Assembly: GCA_963817745.1 (NCBI GenBank)
Contig: CAWFPC010000010.1
Span: forward strand, 34,170 to 98,169
Source: an uncultured Chloroflexia bacterium
Lineage (GTDB): Bacteria; Chloroflexota; Limnocylindria; Limnocylindrales; CSP1-4
Reading direction: 5' to 3'
Length of the DNA stretch: 64,000 nucleotides
In this document: positions 23,975 to 35,561 of the stretch, one piece after another
How positions within the stretch are numbered: position 1 is the first letter of the stretch
How the letters are laid out: each line of letters starts with the position of its first letter
Notes under the pieces: generated by a model
Databases searched by the model: none
Told to the model about the DNA's origin: nothing
Seen by the model: only the letters and a program-made list of their open reading frames with translations
Translations under genes and position numbers: made by a program

Positions 23975-25176
23975 TCAGGCGAACAGCGCCGCCACGAAGG
24001 CGTCGGGGTCGAACACGAGGAGGTCGTTGACGCCCTCCCCCACCCCGACGAAGCGGACCGGCACCTTGAGCGCGTCCTCGATGGCGAAGACGATGCCGCC
24101 CTTGGCGGTCGAATCGAGCTTGGTGAGCACGATCCCGGTGAGCCCGACGGCCTCGTGGAACGCCTTCGCCTGGGCGAGCCCGTTCTGGCCGGTCGTGGCG
24201 TCGAGGACGAACAGGGTCTCGGGCTCGAGGCCCGGGAGGCGCTTGTCGATGATCCGCCGGATCTTGGTCAGCTCGTCCATGAGGTTCGATTTCGTGTGGA
24301 GGCGGCCGGCCGTGTCGGCGATGACCAGGTCGGCACCGCGCGCGACGGCGGCGTCGAGCGCGTCGTAGACGACCGCTCCGGGGTCGGCGCCCGGCGCGTG
24401 CGCGACGACCGGCGACCTCCGCGCGTTCGGCCCAGATCCGCAGCTGGTCGATCGCGGCGGCGCGGAACGTGTCCGCGGCGGCGAGGATGATCGACCGGCC
24501 TTCGCCGACGTAGCGCGCGGCGAGCTTGCCGATCGTCGTCGTCTTGCCCGTGCCGTTGACGCCGACCACGAGCACGACCGCCGGCCCGCCGCCGACCGGT
24601 GGACGCGGCGACCAGTCGAGATCGCGCTTGACGAGCAGTGCCCCGAGCTCGTCGCGGATCGCGGCCTCCGGCCCGTCGGGATGCCGTCGCTTGCGGGCAC
24701 GATCGACGAGATCGATCGCGAGCGCGGCACCGACGTCGCCGGCGATGAGCGTCTCCTCGACGTCGTCCCATTGCGGGCCGTCGGCGCTGCCGAGGTAGCC
24801 GCGCAGCTGGGTCATGAACCCGCCGCGGGTCCGTTCCAGGCCCTCGTCGAGGGTGTGCGCGGGGGCGACCGCGAGGAAGGCCGTCGGGTCGAATGGCGCG
24901 AATGCCGGCGCGTCGTCGGGTGGCGTCACGGGCTCGGGGCGGCGGGCTCCGCGCTCAGCCGGCGGTGGGCCGACCTCGGCGGATCGCCGCCGCGGTCGGC
25001 GTGGCGGTCGGTCCGGCGGCTGCGGCCGGAGGCGTCGGGGCGTCCTCGTCCGCGACGGACGCGCCGACATCGGCGGGGTCTCCGGCGTGCGGCGGCTCGA
25101 CCTCGACCTCGACGGTCGGGGCGGGCGCGACCTCGGGTTCGGGCGCCTCCTCGTGGCGCCGGCGCCAGAACGGCAT
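23975..25176 (-). CDS. ftsY: SRP receptor FtsY, frameshifted
   Basis: [49 protein letters not shown]; acidic/Pro-rich N-terminus. Confidence 0.96.
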
Positions 25177-28100
25177 CAGTCGACCGTGGCGAGCTCGCGC
25201 CGGCGATCCGAGGCGAGGGCCTGCGCCTCGTCGAGCCGCAGGCTGATGACGCGGGACACCGAATCGTCGCCGACCGTGACGCCGTACAGCGCGTCGGCGG
25301 CCTCGATCGTGCCGCGGTTGTGGGTGATCACGATGAACTGGGTCTGGTGCGCGAGGCTCTTGAGCGCGTCGGCGAACCGCCCGATGTTCGCCTCGTCCAG
25401 GGCGGCATCGACCTCGTCGAGCACGCAGAACGGGACCGGCCGCACCTCGAGCATCGCGAACAGCAGCGCGACGGCCGTGAGGGCACGCTCGCCGCCCGAC
25501 AGCATCGCGAGCGCCTGCGCCTTCTTGCCCGGCGGCCGCGCGACGATCTCGACACCGGTCGACCCGAGGTCCGACGGATCGGTCAGCGACAGCCGGGCGA
25601 ACCCGCCGCCGAAGAGCTGCTCGAACCGCCGCTCGAACGCGGTCTCGAGCGCCTCGAACGTCGTGCGGAACTGGTCGGCGATCATCGTGTCGAGCTCGCC
25701 GATGAGCTCGCGCGTCTTGCCGATGGCCGATCGGAGGTCCGCACCCTGCGTCTCGAGGCCGTCGAGACGCGTCCGAAGCTCGGCGTACTCCTCGACCGCG
25801 AACGGGTTCGCCGCACCGAGCTCGTGGTAGCGCCGGCGCAGCTGCGCGAGCCGGCCGGGCGCCGGCGCGGGCACCGTCGGCGGCTCGGCCGCCCAGGTCT
25901 CGGCGACGACCGCGAGTGCCGCCTCCAGTGCCTCCGTGTCGTCGCTGGTCCTCGCGTCATCGACGGCCAGCGTCAGATCGTCCGGCGCGGTCGTCGCGAT
26001 CGGTCGCGCCGATGGCCGCAGCGTCCGGGGCGCCATGCCCGAGACTGGTCAGGGCCAGCTCGCCCATGCCGGCCAGCTCGACGAGGACGCCCTCGCGCAA
26101 GGACTCCAGGCCGAGCCGCGCCTCGAGCTCCGCGTGATCGGCGGTCCGGAGTCGATCATCTGCAGCGCGCAGCCGTTCGCGTGCCGCGGACGCCGCACGC
26201 TCGGCATCGGACAGGCGCGATCGATCCGCCGCGTCCGCCGCGTGCAGCGTGGCGAGCGCCGCGCCGGCCTGCCTGGGCCGCAGCGCTCGCGGCGGCGACC
26301 TCGACCCGCAGCGCCTCGCGGTCCGCCGCGAGGGCCGCGGCCTGCTCGGCGAGCGCTGCCGGCGTCGCGCTCGGCGCGCGCGATGCGTTCCTCGGCCATG
26401 GTCGCGGTCGCATCGGCCCGTGCCCGCCGGTGCTCGGCGTCGCGCCGGGTCGGCGTCGTGGGTCGCGAGCCGTGCCGCGAGGCGGTCGCGTCGTTCACGC
26501 AGCTCGTCGGCTCGACGCTCCCAGACCGCGGTGGCGGTCGCCGTGTCCGCGGGCGCCGTCACCGACCGGCGTCGGACGAGGCCGCGTCCTGCCGGCGCGA
26601 TCCGCGCCCGACGATGCCGGGGTGGTCATGGCGGCGACCGCTTCGCGGAAGCGCGAGACCTCGGTCGCGATCCGTTGCGTCTGCGGCGATGTGCCACGCG
26701 GCCTCGCGCGAGAGCGCCTCGACATCCCGTGCCGCGGCGCGTTCCTCTTCCTCCGCGCGACGGCGCTCGCCGGCGGCCTGCGCCTCCGCGCCGCGCGCCT
26801 GTTCCAGGTCCGCGCGTGCCGTGGCCGCGCCAGCCTCGGCGGCAGCGACCCGCGCTCGCGCAGGACGGCGAGCTCCGCGTCGACGCGCTCGACCTCGGCG
26901 GCGAGGCGCGCGTGCTCGGCACGCCGCTCCAGGATCGATTCGGGCGCCCCGAGGGTCACCGTGAGGTCGTCGACCACCGCGCTACCGTCGCGCGGGACCG
27001 CGATCCAGCCCGGTGGCAGCGCGGCCTGGACCGCGAGACAGGCCGCGAGGTCGGGTAGCCAGACGGAGCGGGCGAGCAGCCGGCGGATGCCATCGGTCGG
27101 GTCGCGACGGACGGCATCCCCGAGACGGCCGCCACCGGCGGTCGCGACGGCATCGATGCATCGTCGCTCGGCCGCGTCGAGCTTCTCCGGATCGCCGGCC
27201 GATGCCGTGGCTCGTTCCTCGACCACGAGCTGCCCGCGCTCGCCGGCCAGCCCGGCGACGCGCGCGGACGGGACGAGATACGCGCGCACCCGATCTGCCA
27301 GCGCCGCCTCGACCGCCGCGCGCAGCCCCGGGTCGACCGCGAGATCCTCGTCCAGGCGCCGGCCACCGGCCTGCCGCGCGGCCTTTGCGATCGGGCGTCG
27401 CTCGTCCTCGGCGAGGCGCTCCGCCAGGACCTCGAGCCGGCCGCGCAACGCCGCGCCGGCCGCCGCGGCGTCGCGGCACCGCTCGGCGGCGCTCGCGCGT
27501 TCTGCCTCGGCGGTCTCGAGCGCGAGCCGGGCCGTTTCCCGGGCGGTCGCGGCTGCGACCTCCGCGGCCTGGGCAGTCCGCGAACGCGGCCCGAGCGTGT
27601 CGAGCAGCGCGACGGCCTCGGCCCGTCGCGTCTCGGTGGCATCCGCGGTCGTCGCGGCCTCGGCGTGCCGTCGTTCCGCGTCGGCGAGCTGCCGTCGGGC
27701 GGTCTCGGTCTCGGCCTGGCGCGCGGCCTCCGCCCGTCGCAGCGCCGCCAGCTCCTCGCCGCGCGCACGATCCGCCGTGCGGAGCGACCCGAGCTCGCGC
27801 TGGGCGTCGGCGAGTTCGCGTTCCGCGTCGGCGACGGCCGCCTCGAGGTCGAGGTCGCGATCGGGCACCGGCGCGGCCATCGCCCGACGCTGCTGGACGG
27901 CCTCGGCGTCGGCCGCGGCACGCTCGTCGTGGAGACGGACGCGGTCACGTTCGAGCGCCTCGAGGTCGGCGACGAGACGACCGTCCCGCAGCTGGAGGCC
28001 GGTGAGCGCGGTCCGTGCGGCCTCGTGGACCTCGCGGCGCTCGCGCTCGACCGCGGCCCGCGCCGCGAGCTCGGTGGCAAGGCCGGACGCGGTCGCCTCC

Positions 28101-28980
28101 GCGGCCTCGAGCTCGGCCATCGCCCGATCGGCCTCGGCGGCGGCCCGGGCGCGTCGTTCCGCGGCGGCCGACGATCGTGCCGCGGCCTCGTGCCAGCGCG
28201 CATGGGTCGTCGCCAGCAATGCCGACGACGAGCTCGTCGCCGACGCTCGTGCGGGTCGTCTGCTGTTCGGCCTGGGCCGCGAGGCGCCGCGCCTGCGGTC
28301 GGAGCTCGGCCAGGATGTCCTCGACCCGCCCGAGGTTCGTCTCCGACTCGATCAGCTGTTCCTCGGCCTTGCGGCGGCGGCGCTCGTGGCGCCGCACCCC
28401 GGCGACCTCCTCGAACAGCGGGCCGGCGTTCCTCGGGTCGCAGCGCGAGCGCCTGGTCGACCATGCCCTGGCCGATGAACAGGAACGCGTTGTCGGCGAG
28501 ATGCGCGCCGTCGAGCAGGTCGACGAGGTCGCGCAGGCGGATCCGCTGCTTGTTGAGCAGGTACTCGTTCTCGCCCGAGCGGAACAGCCGACGACCGAGC
28601 TCGAGCACCTGGAAATCGACCGGCAGCAGGCCATCGGCGTTGTCGAGGACGAGGGTCACGTCGGCCATGCCCAGCGCGGACCGGCGCTCCGAGCCGGCCC
28701 AGATCACGTCCTCGGCCTTGCGCGAGCGAAGGGCCCGCCCCTGCTCGCCGAGCGCCCAGCGCAGCGCGTCGGCGAGGTTGCTCTTGCCCGAGCCGTTGGG
28801 CCCGACCACCGCGCTGATGCCGCCACCGAACTCGACGTTCGTCCGCTCGGCGAAGGACTTGAAGCCCTGCATCCGGAGCCCCAGGAGGCGGGGCGCGGCC
28901 GGCCACGGACCCGGTCCGCGACCGTTCGTGGCGTCACCGTGCGTCGGGGTCGGGTCGACGGCCTCGGGTTCGACGGTCAT
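25176..28980 (-). CDS. smc: Chromosome segregation protein SMC, multiple frameshifts
   Basis: GFKSFA, GPNGSGKSN, IGQGMVD, long coiled coils, LSGGERALT, LDEVDAALDEAN, QFIVITHN. Confidence 0.96.
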
Positions 28981-29726
28981 GCCGGCACCACCGGCGGCGA
29001 GGGATCGGGCGCCGACGTCTCGACCGCCGCGCGCCTGGCGGCGCGGATCCGCTCGATCGCCTGCGCGGCGGCCGCCGTCTCGGCGACCCGGCGCGAGGGG
29101 CCCTCGCCGATGCCGACGACCCTGCCATCCACCCAGACCTCGACGCGGAAGGACTTCTCGTGGTCGGGGCCGCTGGCGTCGAGCACGCGATAGTCGGGGC
29201 GCGACCCGGATCGGCGTTGCGTGTATTCCTGCAATCGACTCTTCGGGCTCTTCAGCGACCCGATGGGTGCCTCGAGCGACAGCTCCGGTCCCGCGAGCCC
29301 GATGAGCCAGTCCCGCACCGGCTCATAGCCGAGGTCGAGATACAGGGCACCGGCGACCGCTTCGAACGACGACGCGAGCAGCGACGGCCGGCGCCGGCCG
29401 CTGCGCTGGGATTCGCCCTCACCGAGGAGCAGGGCCGCGCCGAGGTCGATGCGACCGGCGAGCCGTGCGAGGCCCGTCGTCGAGACGATCGCCGCACGGC
29501 GCGCGGAGAGCGCGCCTTCGTCGTCGTCGGGGTGTCGCGCGTAGAGCGCTTCGGAGATCGAGAGGTTGGCGACGGCGTCGCCGAGGAACTCGAGCCGTTC
29601 GTTGTGCCCGCGGGCCTCGTCGGGGTGCTCGTGCAACCAGCTCGAATGGACGAGCGCCTGTTCCAGGAGGTCGACGTCGCGGACGGGGAGCCCGAGTCGC
29701 TCCGCGAGTGCCTGCCCGGGTCGCAC
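28977..29726 (-). CDS. rnc: Ribonuclease III
   Basis: ALVHSS, NERLEFLGDAV, PKSRLQEYTQ, GPDHEKSF. Confidence 0.97.
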   Translation of the reverse strand: MRPGQALAERLGLPVRDVDLLEQALVHSSWLHEHPDEARGHNERLEFLGDAVANLSISEALYARHPDDDEGALSARRAAIVSTTGLARLAGRIDLGAALLLGEGESQRSGRRRPSLLASSFEAVAGALYLDLGYEPVRDWLIGLAGPELSLEAPIGSLKSPKSRLQEYTQRRSGSRPDYRVLDASGPDHEKSFRVEVWVDGRVVGIGEGPSRRVAETAAAAQAIERIRAARRAAVETSAPDPSPPVVPA

Positions 29727-29748
29727 GGGGACCGCGGCCGGGCGCGGC

Positions 29749-29985
29749 CTAGGAGGAGTGCTCGTCGATATAGTCGACGGCGTCCTGGACGGTCCGGATC
29801 TTCTCCGCATCCTCGTCCGAGATCTCCGTCCCGAACTCCTCTTCCAGGCTCATGATCAACTCGACGAGGTCGAGCGAGTCGGCGTTCAGGTCGTCGACGA
29901 ACGACGCCTCAGGCTTGACTTCATCCTCGTCGGCGCCGAGCTGCTCGACGACGATCTTCTTGAGCCGGTCGTACGTTGTGGCCAC
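29749..29985 (-). CDS. acpP: Acyl carrier protein
   Basis: [10 protein letters not shown]...[24 protein letters not shown]; GAGGAGG RBS. Confidence 0.97.
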   Translation of the reverse strand: MATTYDRLKKIVVEQLGADEDEVKPEASFVDDLNADSLDLVELIMSLEEEFGTEISDEDAEKIRTVQDAVDYIDEHSS

Positions 29986-30451
29986 TGACTCCCTCCTCGG
30001 AGTGGGGTGGTTGTGCCGACGGCGGTGGGCCGCTGGGCTCTCCCGAGATGTTCCCGAGCACGCCATTCATGAGGCGTCGCATCGGGTCTCCACTGTAGGT
30101 GCGTGCCAGCTCGACCCACTCGGCGATGGCCACCCGGGCCGGCGTGCCGGAGTGTAGCACCTCACCGATGGCGGTTCGGAGCAGTGCGCGGTCCATCTTC
30201 GCGAGGCCGGTGACGGGGTACTGCGGGGCCACCCGGGTGATCGTCGCGTCGATCTCGTCGCGGTGCGCGACCACGGCCGCGACGAGGTCGCGGGCCATGT
30301 CGGCGGCAACCTCGTCCCGCTCCGATTCGGCCAGGTGCCGCTCCAGGACGGCACCCGGCGTGCGCTGTCCGAAATCGGCCTCGAAGATCGCGGCCAGGGC
30401 GAGACGACGCCCGGTCCGACGACCCCGGAGGCGGTCAGCCTCCGACGCCAT
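29921..30451 (-). CDS. nusB: Transcription antitermination factor NusB (3' end may be artefactually extended into acpP)
   Basis: [50 protein letters not shown]. Confidence 0.92.
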   Translation of the reverse strand: MASEADRLRGRRTGRRLALAAIFEADFGQRTPGAVLERHLAESERDEVAADMARDLVAAVVAHRDEIDATITRVAPQYPVTGLAKMDRALLRTAIGEVLHSGTPARVAIAEWVELARTYSGDPMRRLMNGVLGNISGEPSGPPPSAQPPHSEEGVSGHNVRPAQEDRRRAARRRRG

Positions 30452-30750
30452 CGACGATGACCGTGACGGCGCCGAGGTCCAGACCGAGCAGCCGTTCCAC
30501 GGTCGCGGCGACGGCCGTGCGCACCTGCGCGCTGAGCGGCCCGAGCGCCTGGCCGGGTCGGGCGATGATCCGCAGCCGCACCAGGACGCGGTCGTCGCGG
30601 ACGCGCACGTGAGACGGGGGGACCGGCCAGCCACTGGCGCCACACCGGACCCGCGTGCCCGACCCGGGCGACGCCCGGGACCTCGAACGCGGCGAGCCGC
30701 ACGAGATCCGCGATGACGCCGCGCCCGACGGTCAGCTCGGGCTCGCTCAC
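30435..30750 (-). CDS. Asp23/Gls24 family protein (YqhY-like), frameshifted
   Basis: LTVGRGVIADLVRLAAFEVPGV...[27 protein letters not shown]; immediately upstream of nusB. Confidence 0.8.
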
Positions 30751-31881
30751 GTCGCCACCTCGCGTGGTGCGTCGGCGGCGTCTGCCGGCGAGTCGCGATG
30801 TCCGCGTTCGACGGCCTCCGCCTCGCGGATCGTGTCGGGCCCGACGTGGCCGCCTCGGTCGCGAGCGCCTCGGCGATCAGCGCCGGCACCCTGGCGCGGG
30901 CCGTCGTCGCCGCGACCTCGCAGGCGAAGCCGACCATCCGGCGCTTGGCCCGACCGTGGGTGATGATCGACCGTGCCCTTCACCCCGAGGAGCGGCGAGC
31001 CGCCGGCCCGCTCGTAGTCGAACACGTTGCGGATCCGCTCGACGCCCGGTCGCATCAGCAGGTAGGCCAGCCGGCCGCGCCACGAGCCACGGAACTCGCG
31101 CACGCCACAGGTCGAAGATGAACGAGGACAGCCCCTCGAAGAACTTGATCACGACGTTGCCCAGGACCGCGTCGCAGACGACGACATCGGCCAGGTGGCG
31201 GGTCAGGTCCTTGCCCTCGACGTTGCCCTCGAACCGGAGGCCCGAGGCGTCGAGCAGCTCGGTGGCGCGCTGGATCCGGGCATCGCCCTTGCCCTTCTCC
31301 TCGCCGATCGAGAGGAGCGCCACGCGCGGGTTCGCGACGCCCAGGACGCGCTCGGCGAAGATCGCGCCCATCCGGGCGTACTGGGCGAGGTTCTCGGCGG
31401 TGGAATCGGGGTTGGCGCCGATGTCGAGCAGGACCATGGGGCCCGAATCGGTGATCATCTGGACCGCGAGCGCGGGGCGGTCGACGCCCGGCAGGCGGCC
31501 GAGCCGCAGGACCGCGGCTGCCATGCCCGCGCCGGTGTGCCCGGCGGTCACGACCGCGTCGGCGGCGCCTCGGCGCACGAGGTCGGTCGCCACGAGGATC
31601 GAGGAATCCTTCTTCTCGCGCAGGGCGAGGGCAGGATGCTCGTCCATCCCGATGACCTGACCGGCGTGGACGATGCTGACGTTCGCGGGCAGCGCGCCGG
31701 CGATGCGCGCGACCGTCGTCTCGTCGCCGACGAGGATCACCCGATCGAGCGGGTTGGCGCGGGCGAAGTCGAGCGCACCCGGGATGATCTCGGCCGGGCC
31801 GTGATCACCGCCCATCGCGTCGACCGCAAGGCGGACGCCGCCGGTGGGCGCCTCGGACGGTGCGGACCGAGGCTCAGTCAC
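30747..31881 (-). CDS. plsX: Phosphate acyltransferase PlsX, frameshifted
   Basis: LAVDAMGGDHGP, AGHTGA, GVDRPAL, LLDIGAN, IGEEKGKG, GNVEG, GGSPLLGV. Confidence 0.96.
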
Positions 31882-31885
31882 CGCG

Positions 31886-32095
31886 TCAGCGCGGGGCGTC
31901 GTCGGTGGTTCCGCGCGCCGGCTTGGGCTGCACGGCCAGGCGCCCCTGGTAGTAGCCGCAATTGGGACAGACGCGGTGCGGCAGCTTCATCTCGTGGCAG
32001 TGCGAGCACTCCTCGAGCTTGGGCGTGTCGATCGCGAGGTGCGAGCGTCGCTCGCCCTGGCGGGCATGCGACACGCGTCGCTTGGGTACACCCAT
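31886..32095 (-). CDS. rpmF: 50S ribosomal protein L32 (Zn-ribbon form)
   Basis: MGVPKRRVSHAR...CSHC...PHRVCPNCGYYQG; TAGACT -10 at 32187-32192. Confidence 0.97.
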   Translation of the reverse strand: MGVPKRRVSHARQGERRSHLAIDTPKLEECSHCHEMKLPHRVCPNCGYYQGRLAVQPKPARGTTDDAPR

Positions 32096-32243
32096 GGCTT
32101 CGTTGGGCTCCTTGTGTCGTGGTCGCGGCGCTGTCGCTCGTACGGCGCTCGATGAGAGCGGGAGCGCGGGGTCGCGCCGACGGCGGAGTCTACCGCGAAA
32201 CCGGGCGCGCTGTCAGTCGCGGTCGGTCGTGGGCCACGCGGCG

Positions 32244-33190
32244 TCATGGTCGGCAGCGGGTCGCCGGGCCATGGTCGACGATCGGGAGCGGGCCGCGCAC
32301 GGTGATGCTCTCGTCGCGCGTGACGATACCCGAGTCGTTCGTTGAGCGCACGCATGTCGGCGTTGCCGCGCTGCGTCCAGGTGTAGACCTCGGTCGATGC
32401 CGTTCCGCGGCCGCGAACGCGAGCGTGGTCCGCTTGAGCATCGTCGCCAGCCCGCGGTTCCGCCAGCTCGCGCCTGACCGTCGTGAGGGCGTGCTCCGCC
32501 CGTGTCGGGTGGTCGTCATCGTGCTCGAGGCCGGCGCACCCGACGATCTCGCCGTCGGCCAGCGCGAGGAACATCGCCTCCGGCCAGTCCAGCCAGTCGC
32601 GTTCCCATTGCTCGCGCGACACGACGATCGGGCGGAACGTGGCCATGTCGGCGAACGCCTCGAGCGCCAGCGGGTCGTAGGCCTCCGCCCACAGCTCGGG
32701 TCGCTAGGCCACGGTCACGACCTCGATCCCGGCCGGCACCTCGGGCCACGGCTCGTCCCCGATGGCGCGCACCTGCTCGACCTGGCGGTCGACCTCCTCG
32801 AACCCGAACCGCGTCGCGAACGCGAACGAGCCCGGGTCGTCGACGAGGGTCCCCGCCTCGTTGAAGCCGACCCGCAGCGCGTGGGCCTCGAGCGCGCGCA
32901 GCAGCGCCGTCCCGACGCCGCGACGCCGCGCGTCCGGCAGGACCCGTGGATGGAGTCCGGCATAGTCGAAGCTGGAACGACCCCCGAGACCGGACCCGGC
33001 GAGCTCGCCATCGAGATGGGCGATGAGGTAGACCGTCTCGGGCGTCATCATCGCCCGCATCTCCTCGACCTCGAGGCAGCGCTCGTTGGGCAGGACCGTC
33101 AGGCGGACCTGCCGCCACGCCTCGAGGTCGGTGTCGCTCTCCGCGACCCGGATCGCGATCCCGGGTCGCGGGCAGCGGATCCACGCTCAC
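32244..33190 (-). CDS. Tandem GNAT acetyltransferase; in-frame TAG at 32704-32706 plus frameshifts, boundaries approximate
   Basis: Two acetyl-CoA motifs (VLPDARRRGVGTALL; WRNRGLATMLKR) and NADMRALNERLGY. Confidence 0.75.
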
Positions 33191-33736
33191 GCCGGTTTGA
33201 AGCCGCGCAGCGCCTCGAGCCGCGGGTCGATGTCGTCGTCCGGATGGTCGTGGTCGCCGCTCTCGAGCGGCAGCCCGCAGACGATGCACAGGCCCGGGCA
33301 GTCGGGGCGGCACAGCGGCGCGATGGGCTCGTTCAGCGAGATCGCGTCGGCGACGGGTCCGCTGAGGTCGAGCTCGTGATGATCGGTGAGGCGCAGCGTA
33401 TCGGGTTCGTCGTCGGCCGGGAGCGGACGGCCGGTCGCGAGGTCCAGGCGTCGGCAGGTATTCCTCCTGGAGCCGGAGCTCCAGCGGGATGACGAGCTCG
33501 CGGAGGCAGCGGCTGCATTCGCCCGCGAGCGCAGTCGAGAGCTCGGCGTCGGCGAGGATGCCGCGGTTCGTCCGCCGCAGCGTGACCTCGCCGCTGATCG
33601 GGCGCGCGAGCACGAGGTCGTCGGGCAGGTCGAGCGTGGCGTCCGCGATCTCGTAGGTGCGCAGCGCCCCGACCGTGTCGCCGAGGAGCCCGGCCACGTT
33701 CCAGGTGAACGGCCCGCCGGCCGTGGAGGCGTTCAT
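33187..33736 (-). CDS. yceD: YceD/DUF177 family protein, frameshifted
   Basis: CSRCL, PLCRPDCPGLCIVCG, IDPRLEALR; usual neighbour of rpmF. Confidence 0.9.
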
Positions 33737-34290
33737 CCGCGCTCGGTCACGACCGGGCGGTCGCCGACGCGTCCTCCAGCTGGTCGTCCCAATCCGCGTC
33801 GGCGGGTTCGCCGTCGATCGCCGCCGCCGCCGCCGACCAGCTCGGCCCGCCGATCGTCGAGCAGCGCGATGCCCTTCTGGATGCTCTGGAGCGTCTTCGT
33901 CACGTCGCCCTCGAGCCCTTCGAGGACGCTGACCGCGTAATCGTCGGCACCGGCCCGGATCCGATCCGCGTCGCCGTGGGCATCCTCGATGATCCGGCGG
34001 CTCTCGGCGTCGGCGGCCTGCGTGAGGCCCCGCTCATCGATGAGGAACGCGGCCTGCTCCTGCGCCTTGGCGACGATGCGCTCGGCTTCCTCCTCGGCCT
34101 TCTCGAGGATCCGCTCCCCCTCGGCGTTGATGCGCTTCGCGGCGCGGACCTCCTCCGGCACGGCGACCCGCAGCTCGTCGATGAGGCCGAGGGCGGCGTT
34201 CTGGTCCACCACGACGTTGGTCGTCAGCGGCAGCTTCTTGCCGTTCGCGATCAGCGACTCGAGGCGCTCGACGAGGAAGATGATGTCGAT
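33733..34290 (-). CDS. SepIVA/DivIVA-like coiled-coil protein; apparent ATC start
   Basis: [23 protein letters not shown]...[15 protein letters not shown]...ADDYAVSVL; sits in the coaD-X-yceD-rpmF slot; AGGAGG 8 nt upstream; TGC-CATAAT at 34342-34350. Confidence 0.8.
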   Translation of the reverse strand: MDIIFLVERLESLIANGKKLPLTTNVVVDQNAALGLIDELRVAVPEEVRAAKRINAEGERILEKAEEEAERIVAKAQEQAAFLIDERGLTQAADAESRRIIEDAHGDADRIRAGADDYAVSVLEGLEGDVTKTLQSIQKGIALLDDRRAELVGGGGGDRRRTRRRGLGRPAGGRVGDRPVVTERG

Positions 34291-34362
34291 CGGAGTGCCC
34301 TCCTGCCTGGGCGTTCGCCGGTGCGCGCCGGACTGGCGTCGATTATGGCACGCGCCGGGCGG

Positions 34363-34860
34363 TCACCGACCGGCAAGGGCGGCGCGGAGGGCATCGGCGG
34401 CCGCGGCGGGCAGCATCGCGCGAGACATCGCCGCCGAATGCCGCGATCTCCTTGACGAGGCTCGAGCTCACGTAGCCGTTGTCGATCGAGGTCATGAAGA
34501 ACACCGTGTCGACATCGGGTGCGAGGACCCGGTTGTTGTGGGCGAGCTGCATCTCCGTCTCGAAGTCGCTGATCGCGCGCAGACCCCGGACGATGGCGCT
34601 GGCGCCGCGCGCCCGACAGAAGTCGACCGTCAGGCCGTCGAACTCGGCGATCTCGAAGCGCTCCCCGCCGATGCCGGCCGCGTCCAGGGCACGGCCGATG
34701 ACATCCATGCGAGTCGCGACCGGGCAGCAGCGGGGTCTTCCGCGGGTTGGCGAGGACCGCGACGATCACCCGATCGAACACCGCGGTGGCCCGCCGGACG
34801 ATGTCCACGTGGCCGTTCGTGATCGGGATCGAAGGAGCCGGGGTAGACCGCGATCCTCAT
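34363..34860 (-). CDS. coaD: Phosphopantetheine adenylyltransferase, frameshifted
   Basis: [41 protein letters not shown]. Confidence 0.95.
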
Positions 34861-35516
34861 CCGTCCTCCATCGTGGCTGCCTGCTCGTCGTCGATGCGCC
34901 GGTAGAACGTCAGGGCGGTCTCGCCGAACCGCCGCGATCGCTCGGATGCTAGCAGCCCGACACGCTCCGGCGGGGCGTCGCGCCAGAAGTGCTTCGCGAC
35001 GACGCGCGCCCTTCCGGCGAGGTGCGGCCCGACCGCGTCGAGGGCGGCGACGAGGGCGTCCGTGTCGGCGTACGGCGGGTCGATGAAGACGACGTCGTAC
35101 CCGCCGCCAGGGGGCGAGGCGGTGGTCGTCGGGCGTCGAGCGGCTCCACGATCGCGAGTTCCTGCCGCGCCCGTGCCGCGGTCATGGTCGCGGAGCCAGG
35201 CGAGCGCGTCGGCACGGACCACGCGTGCAGCCGGGCCGGCGAGGTGGGCGCGTTCGAGGTTCGTGGCGATGACCGCCACCGCCGCCTTGTCCCGCTCGAC
35301 GAACGTCGCGTGGGCGGCGCCACGCGACAGGGCCTCGATCCCCGCCGCGCCACTCCCCGCGAACAGGTCGAGGAACCGCGAGCCCGCCAGGTCCGGGTCG
35401 AGGATCGCGAACGCGGTCTCCTTCACTCGGTCGGCGAGCGGCCGCGTGCCGGAGCCCGGGGCGGCGAGCCGGATGCCGCGCGCCGTGCCGGCGATGACGC
35501 GTCCGGCATCAGCCAC
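34857..35516 (-). CDS. rsmD: 16S rRNA m2G966 methyltransferase
   Basis: RVIAGTARG, TRPLADRVKE, LDLFAGSGAAGIEALSRGA, FIDPPY. Confidence 0.95.
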   Translation of the reverse strand: MADAGRVIAGTARGIRLAAPGSGTRPLADRVKETAFAILDPDLAGSRFLDLFAGSGAAGIEALSRGAAHATFVERDKAAVAVIATNLERAHLAGPAARVVRADALAWLRDHDRGTGAAGTRDRGAARRPTTTASPPGGGYDVVFIDPPYADTDALVAALDAVGPHLAGRARVVAKHFWRDAPPERVGLLASERSRRFGETALTFYRRIDDEQAATMEDG

Positions 35517-35561
35517 GGCGGCGCCACGCTCGCTTCGCCGCGGCGCCGCTCGCGTCAGGCG

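Noticed and set aside
24681-28478. 1265-aa plus-strand ORF and other long antisense ORFs (e.g. 3501-5498, 12979-15159, 31195-33492, 41434-43656, 53735-55579)
   Set aside because: Shadow frames of real genes in high-GC DNA; Arg/Ala/Pro-rich with no recognisable motifs or RBS.
29921-29985. 65-nt nusB/acpP overlap as a regulatory feature
   Set aside because: The NusB fold ends near 30050; the extension could result from an indel or a lost stop and cannot be trusted in this assembly.
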